Assembly (NCBI RefSeq): GCF_030384885.1
Contig: NZ_CP128613.1
Source: Escherichia coli
GTDB taxonomy: Bacteria > Pseudomonadota > Gammaproteobacteria > Enterobacterales > Enterobacteriaceae
Length of the DNA: 64,000 bases
Strand: one strand, 5' to 3'
Shown here: piece by piece, positions 21,202 to 31,343 of the stretch
Layout: every line of letters begins with the position of its first letter
How positions within the stretch are numbered: position 1 is the stretch's first letter
Position numbers and translations under genes: made by a program
The notes under the pieces: model-generated
What the model was told of the DNA's origin: nothing
Database searches by the model: none
The model's input: only the letters and a program-made list of their open reading frames with translations

Positions 21202-22141
21202 ATTGAAGCGCCGGTTCCACATCTACCGCCAGCCAGGTCGGTCCGTCAAGATCAGCAAAACTGACCTGCGGCACCAGCGGTAAAGCGGCGTTAATGGCAC
21301 GAGAGGTACACAACATGCAGCCCAGCATCAGACTGAAACCTTGTGCACGTGCTTCAGTCGCCAGCGCCAGCGCTTCCGTCAGGCCACCCGTTTTATCGAG
21401 CTTAATGTTAACCATCTCATAGCGCCCTTTCAGCGCCTTCAGATTGCTACGAGTATGACAACTTTCATCTGCACAAATCGGTAACGGATGAATAAAATTC
21501 TCCAACGCCGCATCGTCCTGCGCAGGAAGCGGTTGTTCAAGCATCGCAACGCCTAAATCCGCCAATAGCTGGCAACGCGCCGCCAACCCTTCTGCACGCC
21601 AGGATTCATTTGCATCAACGATTAGCGTCGCATCGGGTACAGCCGTGCGAATTGCTACCATCCGCTCACTGATAAGATGGTTATCCAGCTTCACTTTCAG
21701 TAATTTCGCGCCTGCCTGCCAGAGTGTTGATGCACTATTGGCCATCTGATCAGGCGTACCGATGACTACCGTCTGGGCAGTGGTGACTGTCTCGGGAAGC
21801 GTTATGCCGATCAAATCAGCCAGCGATTGCTGCTGTTTTCGCGCCGCCAGATCCCACAATGCACAATCCAGCGCATTACGTGCTGCGCCGGCAGGGAGAA
21901 TTTTTTGCAACTCCTCCCGTGTAAGCCCTTTCTCTAATTGCGGCACGACGCTCATAATTTGCGCCATTACCGAGGCATCACTTTCTCCATAACGCGGATA
22001 CGGCGTGCATTCACCGGTGCCTTTAATACCTTCTTCTTCCAGTTCAACCACCACCACGCGCGCTTCACTACGACTTCCCCGAGCAATCACAAACGGGGTA
22101 TGTAAGGGCCAGGCTTCCTCAAATACCTTAACGGTTCTCAT
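21176..22141 (-). CDS. ycjG: L-Ala-D/L-Glu epimerase YcjG (enolase superfamily)
   Basis: 321-aa product starting MRTVKVFEEAWPLH. Its 3' end overlaps the mpaA 3' end by 26 bp. The track ORF begins 14 codons upstream. Confidence 0.9.
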   Translation of the reverse strand: MRTVKVFEEAWPLHTPFVIARGSRSEARVVVVELEEEGIKGTGECTPYPRYGESDASVMAQIMSVVPQLEKGLTREELQKILPAGAARNALDCALWDLAARKQQQSLADLIGITLPETVTTAQTVVIGTPDQMANSASTLWQAGAKLLKVKLDNHLISERMVAIRTAVPDATLIVDANESWRAEGLAARCQLLADLGVAMLEQPLPAQDDAALENFIHPLPICADESCHTRSNLKALKGRYEMVNIKLDKTGGLTEALALATEARAQGFSLMLGCMLCTSRAINAALPLVPQVSFADLDGPTWLAVDVEPALQFTTGALHL

Positions 22142-22259
22142 CTTTACTCCTTGTTGTCGCGGTGGTCTGCGGATTAAGCGCAAATAGCGTTTGCTGTGTT
22201 ATTGACAGTTAGCATAAACTAGGTGTGACGTTAACTATATGTAAACAGGAAAGATAATC

Positions 22260-22763
22260 ATGTCACAAACCGTTCATTTCCAGGGCAACCCGGTTACAGT
22301 CGCCAATTCCATCCCGCAGGCGGGTAGCAAAGCGCAGACTTTTACTCTCGTGGCAAAAGATCTGTCTGACGTCACCCTCGGTCAGTTTGCGGGTAAACGC
22401 AAAGTGCTGAACATTTTCCCGAGTATTGATACCGGTGTTTGCGCCGCATCAGTACGTAAGTTTAACCAACTGGCAACCGAGATCGACAACACCGTTGTGC
22501 TGTGTATCTCTGCCGATCTGCCGTTCGCCCAGTCTCGTTTCTGCGGCGCAGAAGGTCTGAACAACGTTATCACCCTCTCCACTTTCCGTAACGCTGAATT
22601 CCTGCAAGCCTACGGTGTGGCAATTGCTGATGGCCCACTGAAAGGTCTGGCAGCGCGTGCCGTTGTGGTTATCGATGAAAATGACAATGTGATTTTCAGC
22701 CAGCTGGTTGATGAAATCACCACCGAGCCGGATTACGAAGCAGCTCTGGCTGTACTGCGCTAA
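22260..22763 (+). CDS. tpx: thiol peroxidase Tpx
   Basis: 167-aa ORF with the peroxidatic Cys motif (IDTGVCA). Confidence 0.95.
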   Translation: MSQTVHFQGNPVTVANSIPQAGSKAQTFTLVAKDLSDVTLGQFAGKRKVLNIFPSIDTGVCAASVRKFNQLATEIDNTVVLCISADLPFAQSRFCGAEGLNNVITLSTFRNAEFLQAYGVAIADGPLKGLAARAVVVIDENDNVIFSQLVDEITTEPDYEAALAVLR

Positions 22764-22770
22764 ACAACTG

Positions 22771-22810
22771 TGCCGTTCACTGAATCACCACCGGTGAACG
22801 GCAGTTTTTG
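22771..22810 (+). terminator. tpx rho-independent terminator
   Basis: TGCCGTTCAC, a 13-nt loop, then GTGAACGGCA and GTTTTTG. Confidence 0.8.
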
Positions 22811-22907
22811 ATCTACCAGTCCCATTATTTTCCAGAGTTCCTGCCACTATTCCCCCTAACCGTTGTGCATTAAGATTGCTCTTTGCCATTATTGGCCCAG
22901 CGGAGTG

Positions 22908-24959
22908 ATGACTATTATGGATGATAAACAAATTACGGTCTGGCTTAAACACAATTGCTGTTCAACGGACATTCCTGCCATTGCCGAGGCACTAACGAAC
23001 CATGCAGAATGGCTTTTAGAGCTAGCGCCAGATCCTATTGAACAAGGTTGTTCATGTTTACCGCCGACAGCTGCAGCCGGTATTTTTCTTGGCGCAGCGG
23101 CGATGGTTCACTGCGGCGAGGCTAGTGGTGCAGAAACCTGGCTCGAAGCAGCCATTACTGATTACCATTTCTTTAATCCAAATGGATATAGTTCATGGAG
23201 AGGCAGTACGCCTGTTTTTACAGCATTATCGCGTTACCCGGCATTAAGAATGGTGTTATTTAACGCCGCTTGCGCAATGGAAGACTGGAATAAAGCATCC
23301 GCTGTTCTTGAATCGCTTTTCCATGCCAGCGATGTAACGGAAGATAACCCTGTCGCCCCCAATTTTACCCCTTATGCGCTGAAAGCGTTTATCGCGGATT
23401 ACCACCCGTTAGGGCCTGCTTATTATGATGAAACCTGGTTGCTGGCAAAACAAGCGTGGTTAATTAATGCGGGCGTTCTGGATGAGCGAACCTGTAATAC
23501 CTGGAAGCAATATACCCGCCATTTGCGCCATTTGATCCATAATGCACAGTTTTCCGATGCGATCTCTTTTGTACGCAGTAAAAAAGAACCATTAAATCAT
23601 ATCCATACCTACTCAGACTTTTATCTCTATGCGATTGGTTTATTTTCTTCTACTGATCAGCTAAGTGAAGCGCTAACCTGGGTAAAACAATTAATCCGCA
23701 ACAATGATGGTCATTTCCATGATCTTTTCGTTTCAACTGGCGCAAAGCGCCGAATAAAGCCTGAACTTAGTACCTTGCTGAATAATCTCTTGTACAGCGC
23801 AGAGTTTCAGGCGTTGCAGGATAAATATCTCACCGTCGGACATGATGTTGTGCATTCTGGTCCCTTCATGTCACTTTATGAAAAGGTTCTTGGCGGTAAG
23901 TCCCGAAAGCGCTGCGCGATTAGTCGAAAATTAATCTCACCCGGCGAAGCGGTTTATGAATATCGTCAGCTGGATAGTGTGGAATATATTGCAGCGAAAG
24001 CGGCCTTTCAGACATCTGAGCTAAATAATATCGCCCACCGGCATCATAATGATAGTTATCAGTGGCATGAATTTGCCGTCCAATGGCCTCGTCGGGGTTC
24101 ACTTTCTCACCCAGATATTGCCCGTTATTTGTTTGAGCGCCAGGAAGGAAAATGCTTTGATGCCGCAGAGTTTATACAACTGATTGCGGAACCGTTTGTC
24201 TTTCCGATGCGTTTCATATGGGTTGCCGGGTTGTCCTTTGAATTACATCAGTATCCGGATGCCTATTTCGTAAATGACAATATGGCGGGTGAATTTGTTA
24301 ATCTCTGCTGGATGGCTATGAAATGCGGACATGCTGGCGACATTTTCAAACAACTGGCCCACGAGCCGCATGACGTTGCTGACCCTATTTACGCCATGCT
24401 CGCCACGTTTGACCGCGCTGATTGCCGTAGCGCCGCCGCCGCGCACTTTGGACAACCGGAACTACCGGAAATAATGGCACTGGCTTTCAGTTCGAGGTTA
24501 TCGCTCGACAGCGTCCTTACCATCGCTGAGTTTGGTAAAAATCAGCCGCGATTTTCACATGCGCTAGCAACGGCCCTCCTGCGTTACAACCTGCACATCT
24601 ACTCAAACTATATGCCGCAGGTTAACTGGTACCTTCAGGGGCTGGAACACTATGCTTTGGCAAAAGGCGGTCAACTTTTAAATTTCTTTGTGCATATTCC
24701 AGAACAAATTCCCGTTCTGGCGACCATGCTGGAACATGGCGTATTAGTGCGTGGGATCGGTGAAGGTGCCTATGATGGTTATGATAATTCAGCAAATTCA
24801 TTTCATCATGCCGCCGTGATGCACTGCCTCACGCACGCGCCGGAAAAAGTCCGCTACTGGATGGAAACACCCTGGATTCAGAACTATTTAGTGAATGCGC
24901 CGCTGCGTCAAACGGCGCGCCATGTGGAAGCCTGGCATAAAAAGTTTGGCATCAAATGA
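22908..24959 (+). CDS. hypothetical 683-aa protein of unknown function; absent from the tpx-tyrR interval of K-12 as I recall it
   Basis: Long uninterrupted ORF (track 22863-24959). The likely start is ATG 22908 (MTIMDDKQ) or 22917, with GGAG upstream. There are no Walker, HExxH, integrase or transposase motifs. It is predicted cytoplasmic and rich in W/Y/H/F, with N-terminal Cys pairs. It contains rare AGA, ATA and CTA codons. Confidence 0.7.
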   Translation: MTIMDDKQITVWLKHNCCSTDIPAIAEALTNHAEWLLELAPDPIEQGCSCLPPTAAAGIFLGAAAMVHCGEASGAETWLEAAITDYHFFNPNGYSSWRGSTPVFTALSRYPALRMVLFNAACAMEDWNKASAVLESLFHASDVTEDNPVAPNFTPYALKAFIADYHPLGPAYYDETWLLAKQAWLINAGVLDERTCNTWKQYTRHLRHLIHNAQFSDAISFVRSKKEPLNHIHTYSDFYLYAIGLFSSTDQLSEALTWVKQLIRNNDGHFHDLFVSTGAKRRIKPELSTLLNNLLYSAEFQALQDKYLTVGHDVVHSGPFMSLYEKVLGGKSRKRCAISRKLISPGEAVYEYRQLDSVEYIAAKAAFQTSELNNIAHRHHNDSYQWHEFAVQWPRRGSLSHPDIARYLFERQEGKCFDAAEFIQLIAEPFVFPMRFIWVAGLSFELHQYPDAYFVNDNMAGEFVNLCWMAMKCGHAGDIFKQLAHEPHDVADPIYAMLATFDRADCRSAAAAHFGQPELPEIMALAFSSRLSLDSVLTIAEFGKNQPRFSHALATALLRYNLHIYSNYMPQVNWYLQGLEHYALAKGGQLLNFFVHIPEQIPVLATMLEHGVLVRGIGEGAYDGYDNSANSFHHAAVMHCLTHAPEKVRYWMETPWIQNYLVNAPLRQTARHVEAWHKKFGIK

Positions 24960-24967
24960 ACGTTGCC

Positions 24968-24988
24968 GCTGCGCCTGAACGGCGCAGC
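24968..24988. terminator. stem-loop between the inserted ORF and the tyrR 3' end (probably the tyrR-side terminator hairpin)
   Basis: GCTGCGCC, loop TGAAC, then GGCGCAGC. There is no strong T-run on either side. Confidence 0.4.
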
Positions 24989-24996
24989 CAGCACAA

Positions 24997-26538
24997 TCAC
25001 TCTTCGCTTTTCTTCTGGTTTAAGCCATATTCCCGCAACTTATTGGCAATCGCGGTATGCGAAACGCCGAGACGTTTTGCCAGTTTGCGCGTGCTGGGAT
25101 AATTGCGATAAAGCTGAGTTAATACCGAGCGTTCAAAACGGCTGGTGATTTCGTCCAGCGAACCTTCCATCGCATCTTCGCCCACGGCTACCGTTGCGGC
25201 GTCATAATCCGGTAACAAAATATCCTGTGGACGTAGCTCATAACCGTCCAGTTGTGTCAGTGCGCGATAAATAGCGTTCTTTAACTGCCGCACATTTCCC
25301 GGCCACGCATAACGCGTAAGTACAGTATTCAGGTCAGCGGCCAGTTTCGGACGCGGCACGCCCTGCTCGTCGGCAAAGCGGGCGACGAACAGCTCGGTTA
25401 ACGGCATGATGTCCTGCGGACAGTCACGTAGCGGCGGCAGATTGAGCGTCAACACGTTCAGACGATAATAGAGATCTTCACGGAAAACGCCTTTTTGCAC
25501 CAGTTCGACTAAATTCTTCTGCGTAGCGCAAATAACCCTTACATCGACATGCACTTCATGATCTTCACCAACTCGACGGAAAGTACCATCATTAAGGAAA
25601 CGCAGTAATTTCGCCTGCATCCTTGGCGACATCTCGCCTATCTCATCTAACAGCACCGAACCACCGTTCGCCTGCTCAAAGAACCCTTTTTTACCTTCCG
25701 GAGCATGACCAAACAGTTCACTCTCGACCGCATCTTCCGGTATAGACGCGCAGTTCAGCGCCAGGTAAGGTTTGCCCGCTCGTGGGCTTGCCTGATGGCA
25801 GGCGTAGGCAAAGAGATCTTTACCTGTACCGGTGTCACCCGTAATCAGCAACGGCGCGCTTAGCATCGCCAGTTTCTGCGCCTGTTCGACAACATGCTTC
25901 ATTTTCGGGCTGACGGCGACAATTTGACTGAAGGCACTGACGTCCTGTGCAGCGACATTCTGCAACTGACGGCCCATACGAATCGTCGAGCGCAACATCA
26001 CCACCGCACCGGTCAGAACGTGTTGATCATTTTCATCCTGAAGATAAACAGGCGTAATCTCCATCAGGAAATTCTGCCCATTAATAACGACATGCTCGTT
26101 ATGCGAGTCTTGCGGTTCGCTTTCCAGCCAGCGTAAAAAATTAAAGCCGTTAATTAATTGCGCGGCGGTATGGTTGCGCAGGCGATCCAATTTTTGCCCA
26201 AAAAGCTGACAGCTCGCCGGGTTCGCCATATCCACTTTGCTTTTCATATCAACAGAAAGCACAGGCTCAGGCAACGCCTCCAGTAACGCGCTCAACGCCA
26301 GATGCTCACGTTCGGAAGGCATCCACGGAACAGTGCGCACATCGGTAACACCTGCAATACGGCGTATTTCGGCCATCAGACTGCTGAAACTTTCAAATTC
26401 CAGTTCGGCAAAATTGAGGTAGATTCGCCCAATGGGGTCAATCTCAATACCGCGTAAATCAATGCCTCTTAGCACGAGTAGATCGAGTAATTCGCGGGTC
26501 AGACCGAGTCGGTCTTCACAAAAGACTTCCAGACGCAT
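24997..26538 (-). CDS. tyrR: transcriptional regulator TyrR (sigma54-interaction-type AAA+ domain)
   Basis: 513-aa product starting MRLEVFCEDRLGLTRELLDLL. It has Walker A GDTGTGKD and a C-terminal HTH. The track ORF starts 9 codons upstream. Confidence 0.95.
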   Translation of the reverse strand: MRLEVFCEDRLGLTRELLDLLVLRGIDLRGIEIDPIGRIYLNFAELEFESFSSLMAEIRRIAGVTDVRTVPWMPSEREHLALSALLEALPEPVLSVDMKSKVDMANPASCQLFGQKLDRLRNHTAAQLINGFNFLRWLESEPQDSHNEHVVINGQNFLMEITPVYLQDENDQHVLTGAVVMLRSTIRMGRQLQNVAAQDVSAFSQIVAVSPKMKHVVEQAQKLAMLSAPLLITGDTGTGKDLFAYACHQASPRAGKPYLALNCASIPEDAVESELFGHAPEGKKGFFEQANGGSVLLDEIGEMSPRMQAKLLRFLNDGTFRRVGEDHEVHVDVRVICATQKNLVELVQKGVFREDLYYRLNVLTLNLPPLRDCPQDIMPLTELFVARFADEQGVPRPKLAADLNTVLTRYAWPGNVRQLKNAIYRALTQLDGYELRPQDILLPDYDAATVAVGEDAMEGSLDEITSRFERSVLTQLYRNYPSTRKLAKRLGVSHTAIANKLREYGLNQKKSEE

Positions 26539-26608
26539 GGGAACCTTCACCTGAAAAAAGAACAATTAATATGATGATATGACACTATTTGGATAGCAGG
26601 AAGGTTTC

Positions 26609-26626
26609 TGTCAACAATCATTGACA
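26609..26626. promoter_or_regulatory. TyrR-box-like palindrome TGTCAA-N6-TTGACA upstream of tyrR
   Basis: It resembles the TGTAAA-N6-TTTACA TyrR box and lies about 70 bp upstream of the tyrR start codon. Confidence 0.35.
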
Positions 26627-26685
26627 CAAAGACGGAAAAACGGGCACTTCGGCGTAAAGATATCCGGTCAGCACCCGATATTGCA

Positions 26686-27747
26686 TTATTTTTCGCTGGG
26701 CGTTTTGCCTTTTTGCAGCGTCTCTTTCACCTGACCGATAAGCTGACGACGGAAATCCCCGAGGCGAGGTTTGTCATCGTCAATCCACGGCAGCGGGCGG
26801 CAAAGCTCCATAGCTTTAATCCCCAGTCGTGCCGTCAGAAGTCCAGCACCAATCCCCTGAGCTGCCCGGGTAGACAAACGCGCAGCGAGATCTTGCGACA
26901 TCCAGTCCATCCCCACTTCGCGCACCAGTTCGCTGGCTCCGGCGAAAGCGATATTCAGCAATACCAGCTTAAACAGGCGCAAACGGCTGTAATATCCCAG
27001 TTCAATGCCATACAGCGTGGCGATGCGATTGATCAAACGCAGATTGCGCCAGGCGATAAATGCCATATCCACCAGCGCCAGCGGGCTAACGGCGATCATT
27101 AACGTTGATTCCGCCGCTGAGCGACTGATTTCGCGCCGCGCCTGGGCATCTAAAACCGGCTGGACCAGATGAGCATACAGGCTGACCACTTCACGATCGT
27201 TCTGCGTTTCATGGATTGAGGCATACCAGCGTTGCAGTGCCGGATGCGACTGGTCGATGCCCGCCTGCTGCGCCAGTTTTTCGCAGAATGCACGGCCTTT
27301 ACCCGTGCCGTGACTGTGCAACAAATCGCGCGCTTCGTCGCGTTCATGGGCGCGCTGTCGCAAGCGCCATAAACGCCGCCACTCTGTTACCACAGAACCT
27401 ACGCCAGCGCCGATAATCAATGCCCCAGCGGCACATCCACCCAGCGCTACCCAATCCTGAGTTTGCCAGGCATTCATCGTCCACTGCACGCCCTGCCCGA
27501 CAACGCTTGCACCAAACAGAGCCAACCCGCCCATCACCATTTTGCGCCACAGGCTGCGTTTCGGACGTAACGCTGCGTCCATCACCGCTTCAACTTGCCC
27601 CTCTTCTTCCTGCGCTTCGTCGAGCGTGGCCGGGGCAAAATTTTGCGCCTGATTTTCGTCAAAGGTCTGCTGCGCCCTGAATTTTGGATTCTGATCGACC
27701 TCCAGTGGACCGTCGAAATCAATACGTGGTTTTAACGGTTCGGTCAT
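26686..27747 (-). CDS. ycjF: DUF697/YcjF-family inner membrane protein
   Basis: 353-aa ORF. It overlaps the ycjX stop (ATGA), forming the ycjXF operon. Confidence 0.88.
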   Translation of the reverse strand: MTEPLKPRIDFDGPLEVDQNPKFRAQQTFDENQAQNFAPATLDEAQEEEGQVEAVMDAALRPKRSLWRKMVMGGLALFGASVVGQGVQWTMNAWQTQDWVALGGCAAGALIIGAGVGSVVTEWRRLWRLRQRAHERDEARDLLHSHGTGKGRAFCEKLAQQAGIDQSHPALQRWYASIHETQNDREVVSLYAHLVQPVLDAQARREISRSAAESTLMIAVSPLALVDMAFIAWRNLRLINRIATLYGIELGYYSRLRLFKLVLLNIAFAGASELVREVGMDWMSQDLAARLSTRAAQGIGAGLLTARLGIKAMELCRPLPWIDDDKPRLGDFRRQLIGQVKETLQKGKTPSEK

Positions 27748-29141
27748 CGCAATTTATCTCCTATTAAAAATTCCAGCGCAGCATCAAGACGAATATGCGG
27801 CAGCGGTTTGTCGACATCCATCACCTGCGGACGAAACGCCTCAAACTGGAAGCCTTGCTTATCCCAGAACGCCTGACCAGGCAAACGTGCGGGAACTTCG
27901 CCAGGATAAACAGTGAGCGGTGCGCCATCGCTGAGTCGATTACCGCGCAGCGCCGGGATTTTCTCACCGTTAACATCAATAATGCCGCTGGTGGTCGCCT
28001 GAACTGACGCCAGCCCCAGGCAGTCCATGCTGATCCCTTCGAACGCCGCATTTTGCCAAGCATCCTGAATCAGTTGTTGCAGTAATGAAACCATATTGGC
28101 GTGCTGATCGATGGTCACATGGTCTGCTTTAGTGGCAGCAAACAATAGCTTATCGATAACCGGCGAAAACAAACGCCGGAACAGGGTTCGCTGCCCGTAG
28201 TGGAAACTTTGCATCAGCTGCGTCAGCGCCAGACGCATATCATTAAATGCCTGTGGCCCACTGTTGAGCGGTTGCAGGCAATCCACCAGCACAATCTGCC
28301 GATCAAAGCGCAGAAAATGATTTTTATAGAACCCCTTCACCACTTTCTCGCAGTAATAATTAAATCGTTCGCGCAGCATTCCGGCATTGGTGTGCTTGTC
28401 GGCCTGTGCAAGTTTTGATTCGCCCCAGGCATCGACATCTGGCCACGGGAAGAATTGCAGCGCGGGCGCACCTGCCATATCGCCCGGCAAGACAAAACGT
28501 CCAGGCTGAATAAAGTGCAGCCCCTGCTGTTTGCAGTGGTGGAGATAATCGGTCCATGCGGCCGCAATGTCTGCAAGACGGTTTTCGTCGGCAGGTGCTA
28601 GTGGGTCCAGCCCTTCGCACATCATTCGCCATTTTGCCGACCATTCGCCGCGCTGACCATTGAGTAAGCCCGTCATCTGGCGCGACCAGCTTAAATAGTC
28701 CTGCGCCAACATCGGCAAGTCGAGTAACCATTCGCCGGGATAATCCACTATCTCCAGATACAACGTGGAAGTGTCTTTGAAGTGACGCAACAGCGAATCG
28801 TTCGATTTATAGCGTAGCGCCAGGCGAATCTCACTGACGCCGCGTGTTGGGGTCGGCCAGGCGGGAGGATCGCCATATAACTGCGCCAGCCCTTCATCGT
28901 AGGTGAAGCGCGGAATGCCAAAGTCACGCTGGGGAATGCGTTTTACGCCCAGCAGGCGCTCTTCACGCACCGCACTTAATAGCGGCAAGCGTGCTCCGGC
29001 ATGAATATTGAGCAACTGATTGACCATCGCAGTGATAAACGCGGTTTTGCCGCTGCGGCTAAGTCCGGTTACAGCGAGGCGCAGATGTCTGTCGACACCC
29101 CGATTCACCAGCGCATTAAGTTCATTTTTAAGTCGCTTCAT
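27744..29141 (-). CDS. ycjX: YcjX P-loop NTPase (DUF463)
   Basis: 465-aa ORF with Walker A GLSRSGKT near the N-terminus. Confidence 0.88.
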   Translation of the reverse strand: MKRLKNELNALVNRGVDRHLRLAVTGLSRSGKTAFITAMVNQLLNIHAGARLPLLSAVREERLLGVKRIPQRDFGIPRFTYDEGLAQLYGDPPAWPTPTRGVSEIRLALRYKSNDSLLRHFKDTSTLYLEIVDYPGEWLLDLPMLAQDYLSWSRQMTGLLNGQRGEWSAKWRMMCEGLDPLAPADENRLADIAAAWTDYLHHCKQQGLHFIQPGRFVLPGDMAGAPALQFFPWPDVDAWGESKLAQADKHTNAGMLRERFNYYCEKVVKGFYKNHFLRFDRQIVLVDCLQPLNSGPQAFNDMRLALTQLMQSFHYGQRTLFRRLFSPVIDKLLFAATKADHVTIDQHANMVSLLQQLIQDAWQNAAFEGISMDCLGLASVQATTSGIIDVNGEKIPALRGNRLSDGAPLTVYPGEVPARLPGQAFWDKQGFQFEAFRPQVMDVDKPLPHIRLDAALEFLIGDKLR

Positions 29142-29284
29142 TGCTGTCCTGTGGACCAGAAAAAATCATTCGTAAGGATATGAATGTGGGGGCCATGCCC
29201 TTGATTATCAACTGCCCGTGTTGTCATCTTGAGGGGAACTCCATAAGATGTGCAGCATTCACGTTCGGACGGAGTTCCTGACCT

Positions 29285-30283
29285 ATGTCCCCTACTATTT
29301 ATGATATTGCCAGGGTTGCCGGCGTATCAAAGTCCACCGTATCACGCGTGCTGAATAAGCAAACCAATATCTCCCCGGAAGCGCGCGAAAAAGTGTTACG
29401 GGCCATTGAAGAATTACAGTATCAGCCAAATAAACTGGCCCGCGCGCTGACCTCTTCGGGCTTTGATGCCATTATGGTGATTTCTACCCGTTCGACCAAA
29501 ACTACGGCGGGTAACCCGTTTTTCTCCGAAGTTTTGCATGCCATTACCGCCAAAGCGGAAGATGAGGGTTTCGACGTGATATTGCAGACGTCGCACAACC
29601 CGGCTGAAGACTTACAAAAATGTGAAAGCAAAATTAAGCAGAAAATGATTAAAGGCATTATTATGCTAAGTTCGCCAGCAGATGAGTCTTTTTTCGCCCA
29701 ACTCGATAAATACGATATTCCGGTGGTAGTAATTGGCAAAGTTGAAGGTGAATATGCCCATGTTTATTCTGTCGATACCGATAATTTTGGCGACAGTATT
29801 GCGCTGACCGATGCATTAATTGAAAGTGGACATAAAAATATTGCCTGCCTACATGCTCCGCTTGATGTCCATGTTTCGGTTGACCGCGTTAATGGTTATA
29901 AGCAAAGTCTGGAAGATCATAATATTGCAGTGCGCAATCAGTGGATCGTTGACGGCGGTTATACCCATGAGACAGCACTGCAAGCCGCGCGGGAATTATT
30001 AAGCCAGTCACCGTTGCCTGAGGCAGTGTTTGCTACTGACAGCCTGAAATTAATGAGCATTTATCGTGCGGCGGCAGAGAAAAACATTGCTATTCCGCAG
30101 CAGTTAGCGGTGGTGGGTTATAGTAATGAAACGCTGTCGTTTATATTAACGCCTGCACCGGGCGGCATCGATGTTCCGACGCAGGAGTTAGGTCAACAAA
30201 GCTGCGAGTTATTATTCCGCTTAATTGCCGGAAAACCGTCACCACAAAATATTACCGTTGCCACGCATATGTCGTTGAAATAA
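29285..30283 (+). CDS. ycjW: LacI-family transcriptional repressor YcjW
   Basis: 332-aa ORF with an N-terminal HTH ([20 protein letters not shown]) and a periplasmic-binding-protein-like sugar-binding domain. Confidence 0.9.
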   Translation: MSPTIYDIARVAGVSKSTVSRVLNKQTNISPEAREKVLRAIEELQYQPNKLARALTSSGFDAIMVISTRSTKTTAGNPFFSEVLHAITAKAEDEGFDVILQTSHNPAEDLQKCESKIKQKMIKGIIMLSSPADESFFAQLDKYDIPVVVIGKVEGEYAHVYSVDTDNFGDSIALTDALIESGHKNIACLHAPLDVHVSVDRVNGYKQSLEDHNIAVRNQWIVDGGYTHETALQAARELLSQSPLPEAVFATDSLKLMSIYRAAAEKNIAIPQQLAVVGYSNETLSFILTPAPGGIDVPTQELGQQSCELLFRLIAGKPSPQNITVATHMSLK

Positions 30284-30305
30284 ATGCCAGCTACGTTGCC
30301 TGAAT

Positions 30306-30380
30306 GCCGGATGCGATGCTGGCGCATCTTATCCGGCCTACATTTATAAACCGGATAAAGTACTCGCGCCGCATCCGGCA
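30306..30380. repeat. BIME: two inverted REP units between ycjW and ompG
   Basis: GCCGGATGCGATGCTGGCGCATCTTATCCGGCCTAC and CCGGATAAAGTACTCGCGCCGCATCCGGCA. Confidence 0.75.
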
Positions 30381-30393
30381 ATTTAGCACATTA

Positions 30394-31299
30394 TCAGAAC
30401 GCGTAATTCACACCGACACCTGCATAATGGAATTTATCGCTATCGCCTTCGTCGTGATCCTGCCACTCAAACGCATATTCCAGCGAAACGGAAAGACCAT
30501 TCTGGAAATCATAACCGTAAAACAAACCAAGACGGTTAAAATCATGGCCTTCACGTTCGATATCATCCTGCCAGTCCCAGTTACTCCAGCGATCCAACCC
30601 AATGCGCGTATACGGCGTCACCGAGTGATTGCCGAGCGTCAACGGTAAATAGGCGCGAATTTCTTGCGTGGAGAATTCACCGTTATTGCGGCTGTCGTCC
30701 ATATTGAAGCCGCGCTCGAGATAATAGTTCACCCGCAAGGCAACCGTTTCGTTGAAAGTATATTGCAGACCCGTTTCCGTTTCGACACGGGTATCAGCAT
30801 AACCGGTCGTGTTCAGATCGTTGGCAAATTTATACATCGACAGCCAACCGTTGAAACGTAAATCGTCAGTCAGTTTCACGTCCCAGTCTGGCGCGATTTT
30901 CCAGCGCTGCATATTTGCCGTGTCTTTACCCGGTTCATCAACATAGTGATAACCATAGTTACGGAAACCACCGGTCAGGCCGAAACTGAAATCATCGCTT
31001 TCGAGAAACTGATAATGCACTTCCAGTTCCGGGCGATCAAACCAGGTTCCACGTTTACCCGCGCTATAATCTACTGGCCCTTCCTGGTAATAAGCCAGCG
31101 ATATTCTCCACGGCCCGTTGGCAGCATTAAAATAGACGGAAGGCTCCGCCAGCCCGTCCATATCTTCGCCATAACCCTCGACGTTTTCTATTTCGTACAT
31201 CGCGCCGATATTAAAGTGCCAGTCTTTTTTTTCCTCAGCCTGTGCGCAGGCCATTCCCGCACACATCACCAGTGCGGTACAGGGTAATAACTTTTTCAT
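30394..31299 (-). CDS. ompG: outer membrane porin OmpG
   Basis: 301-aa ORF with a signal peptide, a beta-barrel pattern and C-terminal F. Confidence 0.9.
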   Translation of the reverse strand: MKKLLPCTALVMCAGMACAQAEEKKDWHFNIGAMYEIENVEGYGEDMDGLAEPSVYFNAANGPWRISLAYYQEGPVDYSAGKRGTWFDRPELEVHYQFLESDDFSFGLTGGFRNYGYHYVDEPGKDTANMQRWKIAPDWDVKLTDDLRFNGWLSMYKFANDLNTTGYADTRVETETGLQYTFNETVALRVNYYLERGFNMDDSRNNGEFSTQEIRAYLPLTLGNHSVTPYTRIGLDRWSNWDWQDDIEREGHDFNRLGLFYGYDFQNGLSVSLEYAFEWQDHDEGDSDKFHYAGVGVNYAF

Positions 31300-31343
31300 T
31301 ATTGTTCCTTGTATTATCCTGGGGGAATGCCTTCCCCCTGTAT

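Noticed and set aside
22863-22907. Upstream extension of the inserted ORF (MCIKIALCHYWPSGV...)
   Set aside because: It has no SD. The ATGs at 22908 and 22917, which follow GGAG, are more plausible starts. The extension is kept only as an alternative.
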